NCBI GenBank assembly: GCA_048634875.1
Contig: JAIVZN010000003.1
Location: forward strand, 1-49,201
Reading direction: 5' to 3'
Origin: Deltaproteobacteria bacterium
GTDB lineage: Bacteria; CG03; SLGR01; JBDRKX01
DNA: 49,201 nucleotides
In this document: positions 47,040 through 49,201 of the stretch, piece by piece
Numbering within the stretch: the stretch's first letter is position 1
Layout of the letters: the number at the start of each line of letters is the position of its first letter
Made by a program: the position numbers and the translations under genes
The notes under the pieces: generated by a model
Database searches by the model: none
What the model was told of the DNA's origin: nothing
The model's input: the letters and a program-made list of their open reading frames with translations, nothing else

Positions 47040-48293
47040 TCACTCCTCATTCTTATTAATTCTTATTTTAGCATTTTCTTTAATAAAATCAAAAACTTTC
47101 TTTGCAAAAATGACATTATCGTCTATGTATTTCCTTGCTTTTTCCCTGTTATCTTCACCAAGAAATTTCAGTATCTTTTCTTCTTCTTCTTTCCTGTCTA
47201 TGTCAGTAACCTCAATACTTTCCTGCCTGGCTATAGATGAAAGTAAAAGTCCTGCTTTTATTTCTCTTATTACTTTTTCTCTTATTTTTATTTCATCTAT
47301 CTTTGATGGGTCTCCGCCCTGCTTCTCAATATATTCTGCCATTTGTTTTTTATCTCTCTGAAGATTCTCTTCAACTAAACCCTCTGGTACTTCAAAATCA
47401 TGCCTGGTTATAAGATATTCTATAATCTGGTTTTTTAATTCATCTTCTGAAGTTTTTTCCATCTGTTTTTTTAAATTTTCCCTTATATTATCGTTTAATT
47501 TATCTACAGTATCAAAACCTAAACTTTCTGCAATTTCCTGTTCATCAGGGAACTTCTTTTCTTTAATCTCTTTTACTTTAACATTAAAATGTGCAAGTCT
47601 GCCCTTTAATTCATCTTCCGGAAAATCATCAGGAAAATTATAATCAAATTCTTTTATTTCACCTTTTTTCATACCTTTAATATTTTTATCAAACTCAGGA
47701 AGATGAAAATTGCCGCCAATCTCAATAAATGAATTCTCTGGTAAAACAGAATTTACTTCTTTAGAATCTATGAAAACCTTAGAACTAATTACAACGAAAT
47801 CACCATTGGAAGCACTTCCATCTTTTGCTTTAATTACAGCATTCCTTTCCCTGAAAGCCTGGATTGTATTTTTAACATCTTTTTCCTTAACAGAATTCCC
47901 TTTTTTTTCTAACTTTATCTTCTTATACTTTTTCACCTGTACTTCAGGATATATTTCTACTTCAACTTTAAACTTAAGAGGTTTATTATTCTCTAAACTG
48001 TAATCAGTTATCTTAGGAGTAATGGCTGGATTTATGTTCTCCTTCTCTAAAACATCGCCAAGCACATCAGGCAATAATTTATTTACCAATTTCTGTTTTG
48101 CTTCTTCTTTGTGACGCTCCTTAATAAGATTAATTGGAACCTTTCCTTTTCTAAATCCAGAAATACGAATTTCTTTTTTTATCTCCCCGTATATTTTTTC
48201 AAACTCTATGTCTATTTTTTTCCGGTGGACTTCAATATCAAGCGTTATTAAACAACTGGTTTTTTTTTCTACTTTATAAGTTAAATTTTCCAT
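47040..48293 (-). CDS. tig: Trigger factor
   Basis: GFRKGKVP ribosome-binding motif, FKBP-like middle domain; directly upstream of clpP. Confidence 0.93.
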   Translation of the reverse strand: MENLTYKVEKKTSCLITLDIEVHRKKIDIEFEKIYGEIKKEIRISGFRKGKVPINLIKERHKEEAKQKLVNKLLPDVLGDVLEKENINPAITPKITDYSLENNKPLKFKVEVEIYPEVQVKKYKKIKLEKKGNSVKEKDVKNTIQAFRERNAVIKAKDGSASNGDFVVISSKVFIDSKEVNSVLPENSFIEIGGNFHLPEFDKNIKGMKKGEIKEFDYNFPDDFPEDELKGRLAHFNVKVKEIKEKKFPDEQEIAESLGFDTVDKLNDNIRENLKKQMEKTSEDELKNQIIEYLITRHDFEVPEGLVEENLQRDKKQMAEYIEKQGGDPSKIDEIKIREKVIREIKAGLLLSSIARQESIEVTDIDRKEEEEKILKFLGEDNREKARKYIDDNVIFAKKVFDFIKENAKIRINKNEE

Positions 48294-48356
48294 CGTTTAT
48301 TTTTCCTTCCCACTTTTACTCTCAACTTTTCATTTGTAAATAACTTTTTCCTCGCC

Positions 48357-48453
48357 TGTCACATCAGGATTGCGTGGCAATCTCAATCGGGATTAGTTCC
48401 TTCGCTTTGCTGAGCCGCTAAAATTCCTCACGCTGAGGTTCCTCGCAATGACA
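48357..48453. repeat. Degenerate palindromic repeat ending in CCTCGCAATGAC
   Basis: tgtca...gtggcaatctc..gggatt...cctcgcaatgaca; resembles GTCATTGCGAG...CTCGCAATGAC-type dispersed palindromes (from memory). Confidence 0.45.
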
Positions 48454-48500
48454 TTTTCACCCAGCTCCTGCGTGCAGAGGCTGGGTTCATTCCCTTTTGT

Positions 48501-48523
48501 GACAGGCAAGATGCCTGTCCTAC
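48501..48523 (-). repeat. GTAG-type REP
   Basis: Minus strand GTAG-GACAGGCA-TCT-TGCCTGTC, 8-bp stem. Confidence 0.65.
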
Positions 48524-48553
48524 AAAGCTGGCATATCCGTTTCACTTATTTTA

Positions 48554-48636
48554 TGGTGTCGCGGGCGAGATTTGAACTCGCACTCAAAAGAACCAGGTCC
48601 TAAACCTGGCGCGTCTGCCAATTCCGCCACCGCGAC
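48554..48636 (-). tRNA. tRNA-Leu(TAG)
   Basis: GTCGCGG..GGCGGAATTGGCAGACGC..CCAGG-TTTAGGA-CCTGG, short variable arm, GTTCAAATC..ACCA; 83 nt. Confidence 0.96.
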
Positions 48637-48641
48637 ATAAA

Positions 48642-48738
48642 TCGTAAACCGTAAAGAGTAAAGCGTTTATAATCTATTACTCTTTACTCTTCTCGCTTTA
48701 CCCTTTACCCTTTACCCTTCACCCTTCACCCTTCACGA
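48642..48738. repeat. GTAAAGN / TTTACNC heptamer element, copy 3
   Basis: tcgtaaac cgtaaag agtaaag, core, then (tttaccc)3 (ttcaccc)2 ttcacga. Confidence 0.9.
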
Positions 48739-48742
48739 ATTT

Positions 48743-48818
48743 TGGTAGGCTGCACAGGAATCGAACCTGTAACCTACGGATTAAGAGTCCGGCGCTCTAC
48801 CTATTGAGCTAGCAGCCC
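48743..48818 (-). tRNA. tRNA-Lys(CTT)
   Basis: GGGCTGC..TAGCTCAATAGG..CGGA-CTCTTAA-TCCG..GTTCGATTC..GCAGCCTACCA; 76 nt. Confidence 0.96.
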
Positions 48819-48825
48819 GTCCTAA

Positions 48826-48891
48826 TCGTAAAGCGTGAAGCGTAAAGAGTAAAATTTTTTCAATTTACGCTTCACGCTTTACCCTTCACGA
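48826..48891. repeat. GTAAAGN / TTTACNC heptamer element, copy 4
   Basis: tcgtaaag cgtgaag cgtaaag agtaaa, AT loop, then tttacgc ttcacgc tttaccc ttcacga. Confidence 0.9.
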
Positions 48892-48895
48892 ACTC

Positions 48896-48971
48896 TGGCA
48901 CCCTCGGGGCGATTCGAACGCCCAACCCTCTGCTTAGAAGGCAGATGCTCTATCCATTGAGCTACGAGGGT
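48896..48971 (-). tRNA. tRNA-Arg(TCT)
   Basis: ACCCTCG..TAGCTCAATGGATAGAGC..TCTGC-CTTCTAA-GCAGA..GTTCGAATC..CGAGGGTGCCA; 76 nt. Confidence 0.96.
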
Positions 48972-48984
48972 ATAAATTTTATTA

Positions 48985-49014
48985 ATATTAATAAAATTTT
49001 GTTTCCATTGTCAA
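48985..49014 (-). promoter_or_regulatory. Probable promoter of the tRNA-tig operon
   Basis: TTGACA (49014-49009), 18 bp, TAATAT (48990-48985), just upstream of tRNA-Arg. Confidence 0.55.
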
Positions 49015-49016
49015 AC

Positions 49017-49132
49017 TGTAGATGCAATCCCAAGAACCGATATTGGTCCCTGGGCTTCGCCTAAATCCAGCTTTTTAGCTGAAAAAGTCTATCCGAATAT
49101 TTCTTTCTTTGGAATAAAAGTCACAATCTACA
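49017..49132. repeat. Multi-hairpin element bounded by TGTAGAT...ATCTACA
   Basis: 7-bp terminal IR; internal stems cccaagaacc/ggtccctggg (imperfect) and cagct/agctg. Confidence 0.5.
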
Positions 49133-49201
49133 CCATACTAACCAGATTTCCCTAATCATTCAGGCAAAACCCAGACTTTTGGATGCACTTGTCCTTTTAT
49201 C

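Noticed and set aside
3240-48003. Many antisense or overlapping ORFs in the track (e.g. 3240-3743, 18181-18828, 19669-20253, 32874-33383, 43933-44439)
   Set aside because: They are shadows of well-supported genes on the other strand or frame, with no recognisable motifs.
48642-48891. Possible CRISPR array or telomere repeat
   Set aside because: Units are 7-mers without unique spacers and there are no cas genes. GGGTAAA differs from the plant telomere unit GGGTTTA and the context is clearly bacterial.
41174-48971. tRNAs as prophage or island attachment sites
   Set aside because: I saw no duplicated tRNA 3' fragment and no integrase in the window.
49157-49201. Possible C-terminus of a minus-strand gene (IKGQVHPKVWVLPE*)
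   Set aside because: Too short to assign; a second frame is also open.

Overview
Low-GC (roughly 35-40% by eye) chromosomal window from a diderm bacterium; the gene content is loosely reminiscent of Elusimicrobiota-like lineages (inference only). Most of it is housekeeping. On the + strand: miaB, a PilZ protein, a LapA-family protein, mutS, mutL, miaA, a LonC-type protease, uppP, GS-III, DUF47, PiT, a GlcD-like oxidase, an RND pump, TolC, TPR and CsgG-like genes, an NTase-like/TPM/LemA triad and a TPR-HK-REC2-REC/GGDEF signalling cluster, with a MATE gene lying antisense among them. On the - strand, a long run: tRNA-Arg/Lys/Leu, tig, clpP, clpX, lon, serA, tRNA-Lys, a vWA protein, rpmE, prfA, prmC, murA, hisD, hisC, hisB, hisA, hisI, lepB, thiE. 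Unusual signals: (i) several unrelated families of periodic 7/8-mer inverted-repeat elements that share one architecture; one family sits right after tRNA CCA ends, supplies the hisC stop codon and contains a G-quadruplex motif; (ii) a probably leaderless HTH + DUF6884-like + GIY-YIG-like operon cut by the left edge; (iii) miaB apparently starting at ATT; (iv) an RND-TolC operon with no periplasmic adaptor but with TPR and CsgG-like genes; (v) a pair of tiny membrane ORFs, one absent from the ORF track; (vi) a PilZ protein with a 4-Cys tail inside the mismatch-repair operon. No CRISPR array, rRNA, integrase or transposase was seen.
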